Notes under the pieces: generated by a model | What the model was told of the DNA's origin: nothing | What the model saw: the letters and a program-made list of their open reading frames with translations, nothing else | The model's database searches: none | Program-made: the position numbers and the translations under genes | Shown: piece after piece, positions 49,421-61,994 of the stretch | Numbering within the stretch: position 1 is the first letter of the stretch | Layout: every line of letters begins with the position of its first letter | Assembly (NCBI GenBank): GCA_040954595.2 | Contig: CM082586.2 | Span: 12,245,337-12,309,336 of the forward strand | Source: Balanoglossus misakiensis | Lineage: Eukaryota > Animalia > Hemichordata | DNA: 64,000 bases | Direction of reading: 5' to 3'

Positions 49421-50579
49421 TATCCCTCATTTCTATCACTTACTGCTAGGCAAAGTCATCAATGAAAAATCTTCAAAAATGATCAGTCTGTTTTCATTTG
49501 ATATAAAATAACATGTAAAGACAAAAAACCATTGCTTCTGGTGGGCTTCGTAAAGCATTCAGAGCAGTTAGTCAAACTGGACTGAAGTGATCATAATGAG
49601 ATTGCGAACCATGTTTTCAAAATACTTTTTGCGTTCTGTCACAGCATGTTTGACATTTTTGCAGACATTTTCAGTGTGGGTGTGTGCTATAATTATCCTT
49701 CAGATAGTGGAAAGCATCACTACATTCACACGGCTTGACAACTCTTGGAAATGGTATTAAACGTTCACATTCTCTACGGAAGTCTGGTTCAAGGAAGTCT
49801 AATCCAATGTCAAGAATACCAGCTTGAATGGCCACCTCTTGCAATTCATCATCACATACTTCCCAACCTGTGAAAAATTCAAATACAAGAACAAATATTC
49901 AGACAAGTTTTAGTCCACCAGATGACCCTCACTCCAGTTTTCTCATTTGATGAGCACTGTATACAGGTACATCAACTTAGGTTCCAGGATAGGACATGGC
50001 CCTTTTTAAATAAACATTCTGTGTAAGAATGTAATGAGCAGACTAGAAATGGCGTGGTTGGGTACATTTGTGCTAATTTCCCCATAGAGTTACATGTAAA
50101 AATAGAAGAAACCACCTCGCCACTGGTTTTGAGTAGTGTGGGTCGGACGATTGCCAGGTTCTGATCGTGTTATGTCCCGTGTGACTGCCATGGCGCGTCA
50201 CGGTGATTGGATGAAAGTATTCACACACAACGCATAGAACTAACCAAGTACGTCTCCGCGATCTTTTCTCGCCTTCCTTGTCCCGGCTCTCTTCTCCTTC
50301 ATTGCCTCCTTAAACATTGTCCACGCCGTAGTCATTGTATATGATCCGTGAGATGCGAAGTAATATTTAATATCACTATTTTACGATGCATATACACATG
50401 ATACAGATGACAGGAAAACACTGCTGCAATCCGCCATGTTCCAAAAATCATCGTCATTTTATGATGTAAAGTGCAAATGAAAGGACCTTCTGTAAAAATA
50501 TATGATGAGTGATGTACTCGAAAACTCAACATTTTATGCCACTGCACCTACCTCAATATGTTCTCAAATTTTGCAGTTA

Positions 50580-51898
50580 GGCCAAAAAAAAAAAGAGTTT
50601 TGTTTAGCGTCCTCGCGCGCGTCACTTTTAAACATGCGCGTCGAGGCTTTTTTTTTCGTAATTTTCGAACCCGGAAATTAACAGTTCAGTGTTTTCTCCA
50701 GGACGCGCGATCGCGCGATTCCCCCTATTTTACACTTGAAGCGCCCCTTGTAACAAGTTCAGGGGGCGACAATCGCCCCTTCGTGAGCAGCCCACCCGGC
50801 CAGTACATGCGCGTCCAAGCCTCAATAGCAGGCACCGTCAGTCAAAACACTGGGAAAACGGCCGATATTACTGCGTGCTGGCCTATACATTTTAACTTCC
50901 CACCCCCCAAAACTATGTTGTAGATGACTTTCACATTCATTCACGTGTAATTTTGCTCCAGGGCTGTAGTGTGCAATTGTTGGAACAGCCTATCTGGATA
51001 CCGTCTAAATTTAGAGCACACACTCTGCACTCAAGTGAACTTGTTGTTATGGTGACTTTTGAAATTGGGTTGGCAAAACGTAACAATTTTATGCAAATTA
51101 AAGAAACTGCGTTCCTGCCATGGCGATTATCAAGAATGTATCAGTTTTCCATGACCTTGTTTTCTTACGTAGGAAGGAAAGTCATTCAATATGTACAGAG
51201 ACTGTTTATTTGAGTAGTGTGCATAGCCACAGATGGGGAAGTGTACGCAGAAATCTGAAGGAATATACCGCTTCAATTTATTTCACTATTAATGGTTTCA
51301 CAATCTAATATTTTGGCAGCTATAAAACTGAAACTTTTAAAATCAAACAAGAAATTTTTTTCTCAGGTGTAGTATTAAAGAAAGACACTATTGATTTTGC
51401 AGTTGCATTTATTTTATTCATTTCACTCTACTTGTCAGGGGAGCAGTTAATCAGTCACTCTCCTACCACTTGTGTAATTAATTTCAGGAGTTATTTTCAG
51501 CTCTCCAGCATTTTTTAAATTACATGCCCTGAAAGTTATGCAAGCTGGTGTCTTCCTCTGCAAAAACTACTAATTTAAAGTAGAAAAAACTGTAACTGTT
51601 AATATGTTGTCAAGTTCACATGTAAAATGTTGTCATTTACTTATGCTGTTTTTAATATGGAATGAAGGCAGTTAGTAAGTTAACGTTCAAAATTGTCATT
51701 CCTTGATGTTTACCTAATTAACATAAATTATGCAAATCATGATTCCCCCTACTTTGACCAAATCCCCCCTTAAATTTGGACTATTAAAGAAATATTTGCT
51801 GTTCTTGTTTCGCAGAAAAAAAAAAAAAAAGAAGCCGCATCACCGCATCAATTTTGAGATTTTGCTTGGACGCTAAAAAAAACTCTTTTTTTTTGGCC
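50580..51898 (+). mobile_element. Zator-like non-autonomous element
   Basis: TIR GGCCAAAAAAAAAAGAGTTT..TTAGCGTCC; TWA flanks (TTA left, TAA right). Confidence 0.7.
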
Positions 51899-51956
51899 TA
51901 ACTGGCTAAGTTTTATAGAGGCCAGCTGTTCTATTTAGTGTATGTACAGTACATAT

Positions 51957-53942
51957 CAGTCTTCGGACTGAGCGCGATTCCCATTATCAAAACACCGCAA
52001 AGCATGCTGGGAAATTTCAGCACTCATTGACCTCTGTTATGGCGGCCAAGAACCCAGCGTACGTAGAGAGATTTCAATCCAATTTTTTTCCATGTTTTGA
52101 GAGTACTTGACAGATTTCGTTATCTTTGTGAAAATTATTGAAATAAAGCAATAAGAGAATCAAAGAGATGAATTCGGTAGATTTGCGAAAAATAAAAATA
52201 AACGAGTTACCTTTGACCCCTTCTATTTTAGCCTTCAGAGGCATATACCAACTTTGATTTTTTGTGCCTTTTCATCCAAAGCTTCAATGGACGAGAAAAA
52301 ACGTGGTATATACTCTATTTCATTAGAACTTTGTTGGAAACTATCGTATATCATGATCAACGACTAAATAGAGACTGTGGGACGTCTCCAATTGTTGTTG
52401 TTAAATTGGCGATTTTGTAGCAAAATACCGTGATTTTGCCGTGTCGTAGTAAAAAAAATCCAGACGCAAATGTCATGCAGAGTGTTTATTTTAATCACTC
52501 ATCACCTCTTATGCTCATTTTTTCGTTCAGAACATCTTACCCGTAAATTCCACACTTTCTGACAGGGTCTTCCTGGCACACACTGTTTTTGGGTGAAAAT
52601 GCAGTGATTTGTTTGATTTTTTGTGCCTTTTCATCCAAAGAGTGAAAACTATTCAAACTCGAATTTCTGGGGTCATAGATACTTTATTGTTATCATACGA
52701 ACCTATTTTAGCTAGTGCTAAGCCTCTAAAAAAATATGCAGCCACTCGAAGTGAGGCGTAAAACGTACTTTGTCGATATTTTGGTTATGAATGTTTGTGG
52801 GCCTTCAATCAATAATTTATCAGGTACGACCGTCCGCAGTGCCCAAATTACTTACGATACATGTTGTTATTTCGTAATCACACCGATCGAACACAGATAC
52901 CTCGCGTGGATGCATGCACCATGTCGTTTTTCAACGGTTTTGTGAATTTAACACCAATTTCAAGGGAAGTGCTTGCAGTCATGTATCCCACAATCAGCCA
53001 AAATAAGACCCCAACAGCGAAAAAAGAGACGCATCTGGAACAAACACGCATATTTACTTTCTCTTACTTCCGTAAGAACCGCGATTACATGCAGAATTAC
53101 CCCCACTAGAGCCCATGTGTGTACCCTAATCACATGGGTCAGTCTCTGACACAGAGATATCAACACCCCTTTTATGACGTTCAAGCCTGATGACAGCATC
53201 ATTGATCAATGGGTGGGTAGATATACTCATAACTGACATGATCTTATATATAAATATTCAGATATTTGTTTACAACAAACTTAGATGTATCGAATAAACT
53301 TTGAGCAAAAGCGTGAAGCCTTGCCTTTCTTGGCGGGAGATTGACGCATGTTGTTTACGTTACCATGGCGCCATAGAAATAGTAACGCTATTTAGCATAT
53401 CACGTGCACTAAATGACACCCACTGGTTGGCGTATTCAAAAGGTCATAACATTTTGGGGTCATCAGTCGGCAGACTGAAAGTCATTGAGAAATTGTGGTT
53501 TCTCGTCATTCAATTGAGGTTCATTGGTCAGAGAAAGTCGCCTGGGAATCGGCAGGCTTCGCTGCGTGCTGAATATGCTGAAATAATTGCACCAGCACCA
53601 TTTTAGCAACCACGATCTGTCAAATTTTGGTCAGTTCCATAGGCATCGCCATGCAATTTGCAGTGTGGGGCTGGTAAATTCAAGTGTTGATGTTTTTTCT
53701 GAGTTAATTTTTGTAAAAAAATCACGTCGGTTTTTGGATTTGTCACAGCGAGTAAGGAACTTAATGTCAGTTCTTTGTTAAAAGCTAAGCTCGCTGGATT
53801 TTTTTCGTGTTGGAGACACTGCGACTTGTAATTTCTGTTTCCGACCGTAATTTTCCGGACACTCGACAGCGTAGTCAGCCTTTTTGAATACTTAATGAGT
53901 GATAATGGCCACGCCCACTTTGCGCGCTCAGTCCGAAGACTG
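51957..53942. mobile_element. Non-autonomous TIR element, Academ-like termini
   Basis: Perfect 20-bp TIR CAGTCTTCGGACTGAGCGCG; 3-bp TSD TAT; splits HINE-A 3' half (51899-51956 + 53943-54100). Confidence 0.85.
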
Positions 53943-54204
53943 TATGCCATTGGCAGCTTATGGGTCAGTCAGTGTTGCCCATTGATCTCACGCTATGTGT
54001 GTGTTTGTCTGTCTGTCTGTATATGGAAATGTACTCCGGTGTAGACTTTTTCTTGTGTAATCCCTCAATGGGACAGCCGTGTCCTTGACGCGATTTTTTT
54101 CGATGGTAAAGTTGGACCTCTATAGAGGGGACCATTCCGAAGGGGGGGGGAAGGGTTAAAACTTAACCAATTCTCAATGATATTGATGGTGATGTACTTT
54201 GCAG

Positions 54205-54372
54205 GTGTGCGTTACATGTCCTCACAGTATTTAGCAGATAGCAGTCTGAGTGAAGAAATATGTCAGTTTGATCTCAACAGTACGTGGGGCATTCAGCAGT
54301 ACCATAGGCAGAGACTGAGACAGAACACCCTCATCTAGTTCACAGGCAGCTCTGGGCAGATCGGAGTCACCG
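54205..54372 (+). pseudogene. PRKDC: DNA-PKcs exon (PQR autophosphorylation region), damaged
   Basis: VRYMSSQYLADSSLSEEICQFD, resembling [23 protein letters not shown]; frameshift and stop downstream. Confidence 0.88.
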
Positions 54373-54458
54373 GTAAGATATGCAGATATGCAGTTTCGCT
54401 CTTTAGTAGTTGGCTGCTGGCACCGTACATTGGAAGTAAAAGTGATTAACCCTATGAA

Positions 54459-55622
54459 TAGTGCAGGAGCTAAACCCCACATTTTGGCATAATTGTGCAC
54501 TTTGGGTTAAAAGCATAAAACTTGGTACACTTATGCATTGACCCGTGGCGGCTGTTTTCTGATATGGATCCAAAATTACAGCGCCCTCTAGTGGCCAGAA
54601 AAAGACATTCATACTTAAAAATTGTGCACTTTGGGTTAAAAGCATGAAATTTGGTACAATTATTCATTGACCCATGGCGGACATTTTCCAATATGGATCC
54701 CAAAAGACAGCGCCCTCTAGTGGCTAGAAACTGACATTTACACTTTTCCCTCCATTAATGACACTTTTTGGGCAAGTTTAACACTCAGAGACAGGAATGT
54801 GGGTTGTAAAACATGCTTGCTCCCATACATTCCTTTGAATATTATCCTAATCCTGATGTACATGCATCAGATCAATCTTGTATGTTACTAATTGAACGAT
54901 TTGTTCTTCGAAATAACAACCAGTTCAATACACAAAGTCATGCAAAGGGGTAATACAACACCTCTTCTCCAGAAAGTCAAGGGCTCTCGAGAATACAGGC
55001 AGCATCTAAAGAACATGTGCTGTGAGAAACCTAGCAAAGCTATATCAAACCAACAGAATCCCAGTGGAAATCAAGTTGGACAACTCTTAGTCAAGCCCAA
55101 GAAAAGAGTCAACCTCAGGAAATCAGTGGCCAAAAGTCATGCACATGATTCTGTAGGTGCTTTAGGTCTAGTCTGACAGCAGTGGTCATTGTTGCTGTGA
55201 AGGAAGATGTAATCAAGATTGATCTGATACATGTATATCAGGATTAGGATAATATACACATGAATGTATGGTAGCAAGCATGTTTTACAACCCACATTCC
55301 TGTTTCTGAGTGTTACAAATGACCAAAAAGTGCCATTAATGGGGGAAAGTGTGAATGTCAGTTTCTGGCCACAAGAGGGCGCTGTCATTTTGGATCCATA
55401 TCATAAAATGGCCGCCATGGGTCAATGCATAAGTGTACCAAGTTTCAGGCTTTTAACCCGAAGTGCACGGTTTTTAAGTATGAATGTCTGTTTCTGGCCA
55501 CTAGAGGGCGCTGTCATTTTGGATCCATATCAGAAAATGGCCGCCATGGGTCAATGCATAAGTGTACCAAGTTTCAAGCTTTTAACCCAAAGTGCACGAT
55601 TTTTTTGTTAACTGCCCCACTA
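54459..55622. mobile_element. Academ-like non-autonomous element, copy 2 (inverted relative to copy 1)
   Basis: TAGTG...CACTA; 3-bp TSD GAA. Confidence 0.85.
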
Positions 55623-55775
55623 GAATAGGCCCTACTGAGAAACAAGCACTTGGTAGCCTAACAGGCCTGGGTGCCAGGATTCTAGGCACCCCGGAAATCA
55701 CAACAGTTTCAACCGACTTGGCAGCGTTTTTCCATTGGAATATTATCATGTTTGGCACATTATTTTTGCCCTGAA

Positions 55776-57828
55776 TTTTTAGGGGACCAAGCGCCCTCAG
55801 GCGCTTGGTCCCCTTCTGTTATTGCTGGAGTTTTTCTTCTTTCTCCTTGAGTTGTTTTTTTTGCTCACGTTTTTCTCTGAAATTCCGGCAGCTGCGCCTA
55901 TGAAATTTGGCACGGTGGTTGGGGCCCATGAGTACTGGTGCACCTGCCCTTTGAATTTGTAATTAGTCACGTGACTTGGTCGCTATAATCGAGCGAAATT
56001 TTCAAATTGACCTAATTTGCACGTTAATGGGGGCATGTACATTCTTTTCACGATTTTTGTAGACCATGTGGCCAAAATCCCATGTGCCAAATTTCAAGGT
56101 CCTAGGCCACGTCGATTTTGAGAAGAAGATTTTTGTAATATTTTTCTCATTATTGGTGGGCTGAGGACGGACACTGGGGCATCGGACTTTGACCGTCATT
56201 ACGTAATGTTCTGGAGATCTCATTAGCAGGCTACTCACTTCTGGCGGGTTGCAGTAGTCCTTGGAAAATCGGCTGAAATATGTAAACAGACCAGTGATTA
56301 TTTTCAACGGAATTAATTTTTAGACAACACATTATCGGAGTTCAGGCTGTGTTAGGGCGTTTTATTGAATTACGCTGCGTTTGTTAGCTGTTGCCGTTCA
56401 AATGTTTCTATCCAGACCCGGCTACATTGGTTAACATTCAATGTAATGCGGCAGCGGACTTTGACCCTCAGTCGCTAATGTGGCTGAAATACGTCAGCAG
56501 ACCAGTGATTTTCTTGCACGAAGGGAGTATGGTACCAGCAATAATCAGAGATCAGGCTTCGTTGCCGTTCAAAAGTTCCTACATGTACTTAAGTCGTGAC
56601 GTTGCAACTGAATGTTCAGTATGGGGGTTGGCCCACAGGTGGCCGTGGGGGTTATCAGGTCGCCCGTAATGGCACGCAGCTTCATGCAGCTGTATGGGAC
56701 CAAAATAATACGCCCGATTCGAGGGTCACCTGTGACACCTGCGTAACTCAATTATGTGCATGCGTAATTGTGGGGTCAATAAAAGGGATACTAGTGTGGT
56801 ATTTGTTGCACATGGATCAATATGAAGTCCGATTTTCCTGTCAAGTTATGGGCGACTTAATCTGACATTTCACCTACTTTTACTTACTGAGCATCCACAG
56901 CAGATGTATGCAGCTTTGGCGTGGGGGGGGGGGGCATATACGGATGGGACCATAATGATATACCAAAGGCGGGGTCACCTGTTGCACCTGCCTAAGTCAT
57001 TGATTTTGGACATTTAATTGGACACTAACCAACAGGGCAATAGGTGTGGTTTTTTTCCACAGGGACGAATGTAAGTGTGAGTTTGTTTTTGCCCAAATGT
57101 ATAAGTTGATTTGGATGACCTCTGTCCTACAGTGCCATAGCTCAGCCCGTTGTACAGGTGCAGCTTTGGTATTTGGAGGGATGACACTATCATGAAATGC
57201 CAAATACAGGGGGATACCTGCGACACCTGCTTGATTCATGTATTACGTGCATACCTAATGGTAGGCAAAGTGAAAGGGCTGCAAATGTAGGATTTGTTGC
57301 ACATGACATAAACAGGAACGAAAATTTTTTGTCAAATTTTTGGGTGACCTCAGGTGTCCATTGACCTGCTTTCCATATGTTAGCACGCACATCATATATA
57401 GCCAGGTGTTTGGAGGGGTAGGGTAGGACCCTCTGCGTCATGAAATGCTAAATTTCTTGGGGCACCTGTTACTTACTTGCGTAACTCATTATTATGGCCA
57501 TATCTAATTTGACAAACCCAAACAGCGAGGATTTTCTGTTGTCTTGAATATGAACCAAATTTTGAATATAACCTAATTTTTGGCCCAATTTTTGGGTACC
57601 CTCAGCTGACCTTTGAAGTATACTTGCTGAAGAACTTACAACGTGGAAGTTCACCTTTGGTTGTTGTGTTTGTACTTGTAAGACATCCATTTCGGGTGGT
57701 TGCCTACTTCCCCATATCTCCACATCCACAGCAAATACAGCCTACGCATTTGAATGGTACAACCCTGAATGGACTCTAATGGTTATTAACTCTATGCTTG
57801 GGCCCCTTCAATGCTGCTTGCAGCTTTA
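55776..57828 (+). mobile_element. Diverged HINE-like family B relative
   Basis: Head AGGGGACCAAGCGCCCTCAGGCGCTTGGTCCCCT; degenerate ~240-bp repeats; tail GCTTGGGCCCCTTCAATGCTGCTTGCAGC. Confidence 0.75.
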
Positions 57829-57899
57829 ATTAAATTTTGGGTAGTGTATCTCTTTAAGGTGGTATTGCATGAAAAGTTGTGATTTTTGCCAAATTTTAC

Positions 57900-58490
57900 T
57901 TTTTAGGTCCCTTTGGTGGGACCTTATGGGATCGGTTGCGTCTGTATGTATGTATGGATGGATGGATGGATGTACAGTGTATGTCTGTATGTCAGTCCAC
58001 ATCAAAAACTTAAAAACCGCTGCATGTATCACCTTGATATTTGGTGTGCAGATGCAGGCTCGGCTGTAGATGGGAGTTTGTTCAAATGAAGTTGTCATTG
58101 CCAAAAATATGCAAATTAGCTGGAAAAATGTGAATTTGGTCAAAACTCGGTAACTCAAGAACTACTGGTCAGATTGCTTTGCAAAGTGGTGTGTATTTAC
58201 TTTATTGAGTTGTTTTAATTAGGCAGGAAGTTCCCTGGTGTGATTGATTTACACAGCAAATTCCTGAATGATTGTATTGGCTAAGTTTTAAAGAGGCGAG
58301 CTGTTCTATTTAGTGTATGTACAGTACATATGCCATTGGCAGCTTATGGGTCAGTCAGTGCTTGCCCATTGATCTCTCGCTATGTGTGTGTGTGTCTGTC
58401 TGTCTGTCTGTATATGGCCATGTACTCCGGTGTAGACTTTTTCTTGTGTAATAACGCAATGGGACCACCGTGTCCTTGACGCGATTTTTT
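57900..58490 (+). mobile_element. HINE-like element family A
   Basis: Same termini and body as 32517-33130. Confidence 0.8.
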
Positions 58491-58821
58491 ACATAAATCG
58501 GTAGGTCTAATACTGATCCACATTCTGACTGATGCGTCTTGGCGGAAATGGTGCATAATCACCCCAAAATAGCACTTTTCTGAATGAGTCCACAGCTTAA
58601 CAAATAGGTGTCAACAATGCAAATGTCCGTTTTTCTCAGTTTGCATTTTCGCTGCTCTTGACAACTTCAGAAGAATTTAGCTTCGCTCTGCATTGGCCGA
58701 ATTTGCTCAAATTTTAACAGGGGATTGTGTATGACCCATCCAACAAAATAGGTCACTTGTTTAGCTTCATGACAAGAAGAAACTTGCATTTAAACCCCTC
58801 TGTTTCTTTCTATTTGGCCAG

Positions 58822-58970
58822 GAACCATCAGCCATTGTGAAAGAAGATTACATGGAAATGGTTGGGAATGGATGAATTGAATCAACATGAATCAACATGA
58901 ATGCATGGCCACTGTGACAGCCGTGTTGAAACACATGGAAAGAAATAACATCATCCCTCAAGTGGAAAAG
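58822..58970 (+). pseudogene. PRKDC: DNA-PKcs exon, frameshifted
   Basis: MDELNQHE / CMATVTAVLKHMERN, resembling [20 protein letters not shown]; 10-bp tandem duplication TGAATCAACA at 58878-58897. Confidence 0.88.
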
Positions 58971-59153
58971 GTAAATTGTCACCTGTTGATTTTGACAGGC
59001 CAAAAATTTGTGCTGATTGAAGCCTTTCATCCTTTGCTATAAAAGCCAGAAAGCCTTATCTTATAGTTGAAATGACTTGATCAAATGAAATCAAAATAGA
59101 TATTGCCATAGAAAACATTTGCACAACACCAGGAATTTCAATTTATTAATTAA

Positions 59154-60679
59154 CCCTTAAAACGCCATGCCCGAATATATATTCGTACATGTCACACTGG
59201 CGCCCTCTGTCGCGCCCGAATATATTCGTACACAAGTCTCACTCATCCCCCCTCAGTTTAGAATGTGATTTCCCGCTATTTTGAAGTCCCCTGACAAAGA
59301 TCTCCTTCTTATAACCTTTGAACCTTGTTTTCTACCATATATGGAATAAATCATTACATCATCCATTCCCTAAATAGAAACTTGGGTTAATTTATGCGAA
59401 CTTTTCTACGTTGGCAAACTTTATGAATGGAATGTAAAGGTCATGATCCCAACGGCTGGCCGTCCTCGCGATACTAGGCAGTGTTTTGAAATGAAGGAAT
59501 AGTAAACATGTTATTTTGTCCCCAAAATATTTTCAGATAATGATAAAAGAAAAGATTTGGTGATTTTTTGAAGTTTTGAGAAAAATATGATGTTAATATA
59601 GATCGAGTGTAAATTTTGAAGTAGGTCATAAGGTCACGAGACGAGGTCAAGAGACAGTGCAGATCGGAGGATCAGAAACTGCCATAAGAGTTCAAAAAGC
59701 TACGTAATTTTTGCCAACTACACCAAAATGGTCAAATGGCACATGATGTCACCTACTGAAAGTAAAATTTGGTGTGTTTTTTATGTTTGATCTCTTATCC
59801 AGACGATCGAGGCCGGCCTTTTCGCATGTAAGTTTGTATGTCGGCCGATACATGATTTTGACGGTTACGGTAAACAAATTTCACAGCATATCGCTGATCT
59901 CATTTTTATTCTTGTGGATGAGAGTATCATGAATTTCACTGTCCACTTTTCAAAAACACTTACAAAAAACTCTGCTAAGATATACTTCTGTTGAAAATAC
60001 TCTTCAGTACAAATTAATATAGTTGCACATGCATTTACCCGCATGCGATATTGGGTAGTGACAGTGGTACGGTTAGACTTAGTTGTTATTTGTAAGTTGA
60101 CACACAATTTATTTGAAATGAAGCAAAGATGTGGTCTATTTGTTTTTTCCCAGAGTATTGCAATGATGTTGTTTTGCCGTTTTTTTTATTATTTTGTTGA
60201 TAACTTTTGTTTTTGATCTACATGTATTGAGTCATTTCAGGTCAATAGTAAAATATTTTTATTTACATATGCAAATGTACGTTTGTTTATTGTTTGTTTA
60301 TGTTTACCAAAATAAAATAAACAAAATGATGATTTCAAAATATGAAGATGCACATTCTTAAAATGTTCTGCAAGTTTGACAGCAATTCAACAATTTGTTT
60401 AAATTTTACAGCCTAATAAATATTTTCATAAATTTTTTGACCAAAAATGGATGTTTTAGCCCTTTTTTACAGATTTTAGGTGACATAACATAGACATCAA
60501 TATAACTGTTGGCTTCTCCGTTTTATGTAGATGGAAATTCATATAAGGTTTACAGTTTTTTTTCACACAGACAGAGAACTATAGTCAGTTCAAATAGATG
60601 AAACATATCTTTGGTATGTTCTGAAAATATCTTGGCAGTGGGGAGAAGCAGTGCATCAAAGTCTATGGCATTGTAAGGG
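59154..60679. mobile_element. piggyBac-like non-autonomous element
   Basis: TTAA-CCCTTAAAACGCCAT ... ATGGCATTGTAAGGG-TTAA. Confidence 0.75.
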
Positions 60680-60850
60680 TTAAATTTGATTGAACAGAAA
60701 CACATTTTGCATGTAATTATGCTTGGACATGTTTAGATTTAATAATAACATAATTATCCATATTGCATACTAACAATGTTCAAACCTGATTATGAAAACC
60801 AAATTTTGGATCACTTTGCCATTAATTTTTTATGTTTAAAACACAAACAG

Positions 60851-60970
60851 GGGACAAAACCTACAGAGATGCCAGGATGGATGTCATATTTGAATAAAAA
60901 GCTGACCAGCTCATCTACTCATATCGATGTCAAGTTATTCATTATCAAGCTGATTGTCAATACAGCAGAG
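60851..60970 (+). pseudogene. PRKDC: DNA-PKcs exon
   Basis: PTEMPGWMSYLNKKL...VKLFIIKLIVNTAE, resembling DLPSWMKFLHGKL...IRLFLAKLVINTEE. Confidence 0.9.
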
Positions 60971-61994
60971 GTAAAAAAAATGGCAGAGTTTCAAGTTTGT
61001 TATTTGCACACAGAGATTAGATAGAAGACGAAGACTAGCAGTGATGGGTATAATCATTTGAAAAGAAAGCAATGGGGGAAACAATTGAAAATGTGAAACT
61101 TGAAAAAAAACACGGATGAGAGAGGAAAGTCATAATGTCTTATTTTCATAAATTTGCAAAATCTTTGATGAACTGCTGGTCAGTTCTTTTAAATTTTGTA
61201 TGCAGGTTCCTGGGGCTAACCTAAGAAAGGTTTGTCCAAACTGTGCCAGCTGTGGTGAAATTTGTATTTTTGGGTCTTTGTGGTTTTTGGTTTACAAATT
61301 TTTTTCTAAAACTGCTTGTCTGAATTCTTTGACATTTGGTGTGCATGTTCCTGGGGGTGATCTAAGGAAAACTGGTTCAAAATCTGGGGTATCTTTTGAG
61401 CGATTTTTGCTGTTATTGTTACAAAAACCTTCTTCTCCGAGTCTGAAAATGCTTCTCTGTTCTTTGTAGTTTGGTATGCAGGTTCTTGGGGCTAACTTAA
61501 GTAAAGTTTGTGCAATTTGTGGTGAAATTTGGATATTTGTAATTTGGGACAATGATGCTGTTTTTTGGTAAAAATTCTTCTTAGAATTGCTTGTTTGATC
61601 ACCTTAAAATTTAGGGTGTGGGTACCTAGGGGTGATTCTACGTCAGATTGGTGCAAGTTTAGAAACATTTTGCCCTACTTTTATATTTTAATATAAAGGG
61701 TATCTTGATTTTGCCCTATTGCTCTGTTGTCAAGTTTTTCCTGTTCTCATGCGAAGTTGTTTATAAGTTTCACAGCAGTGTTGCATCAGCCACTAGATTG
61801 CTTGTCTGGGATTCTGTTTTGAATATGAATTGATCCAGTTTGTTTGTTGTTGATGTATTTCACCTAGCCTGGACAGTGTCATTGATAGTTACTTGTTATG
61901 TTTTAAACAATGTGATATATTTATTCTGTACCAAAGCAGAGAAAAAACACAATTGTAGGTGACAAGTAACTTTGAAACCATCATCTATTTGTAG

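Noticed and set aside
23219-55622. One giant 32-kb transposon bounded by the two inverted 1.16-kb copies
   Set aside because: Each copy has its own TSD (ATA, GAA), showing independent insertions
61130-61860. Degenerate tandem-repeat element
   Set aside because: Repeats around GTTCCTGGGG are visible but termini and family cannot be supported
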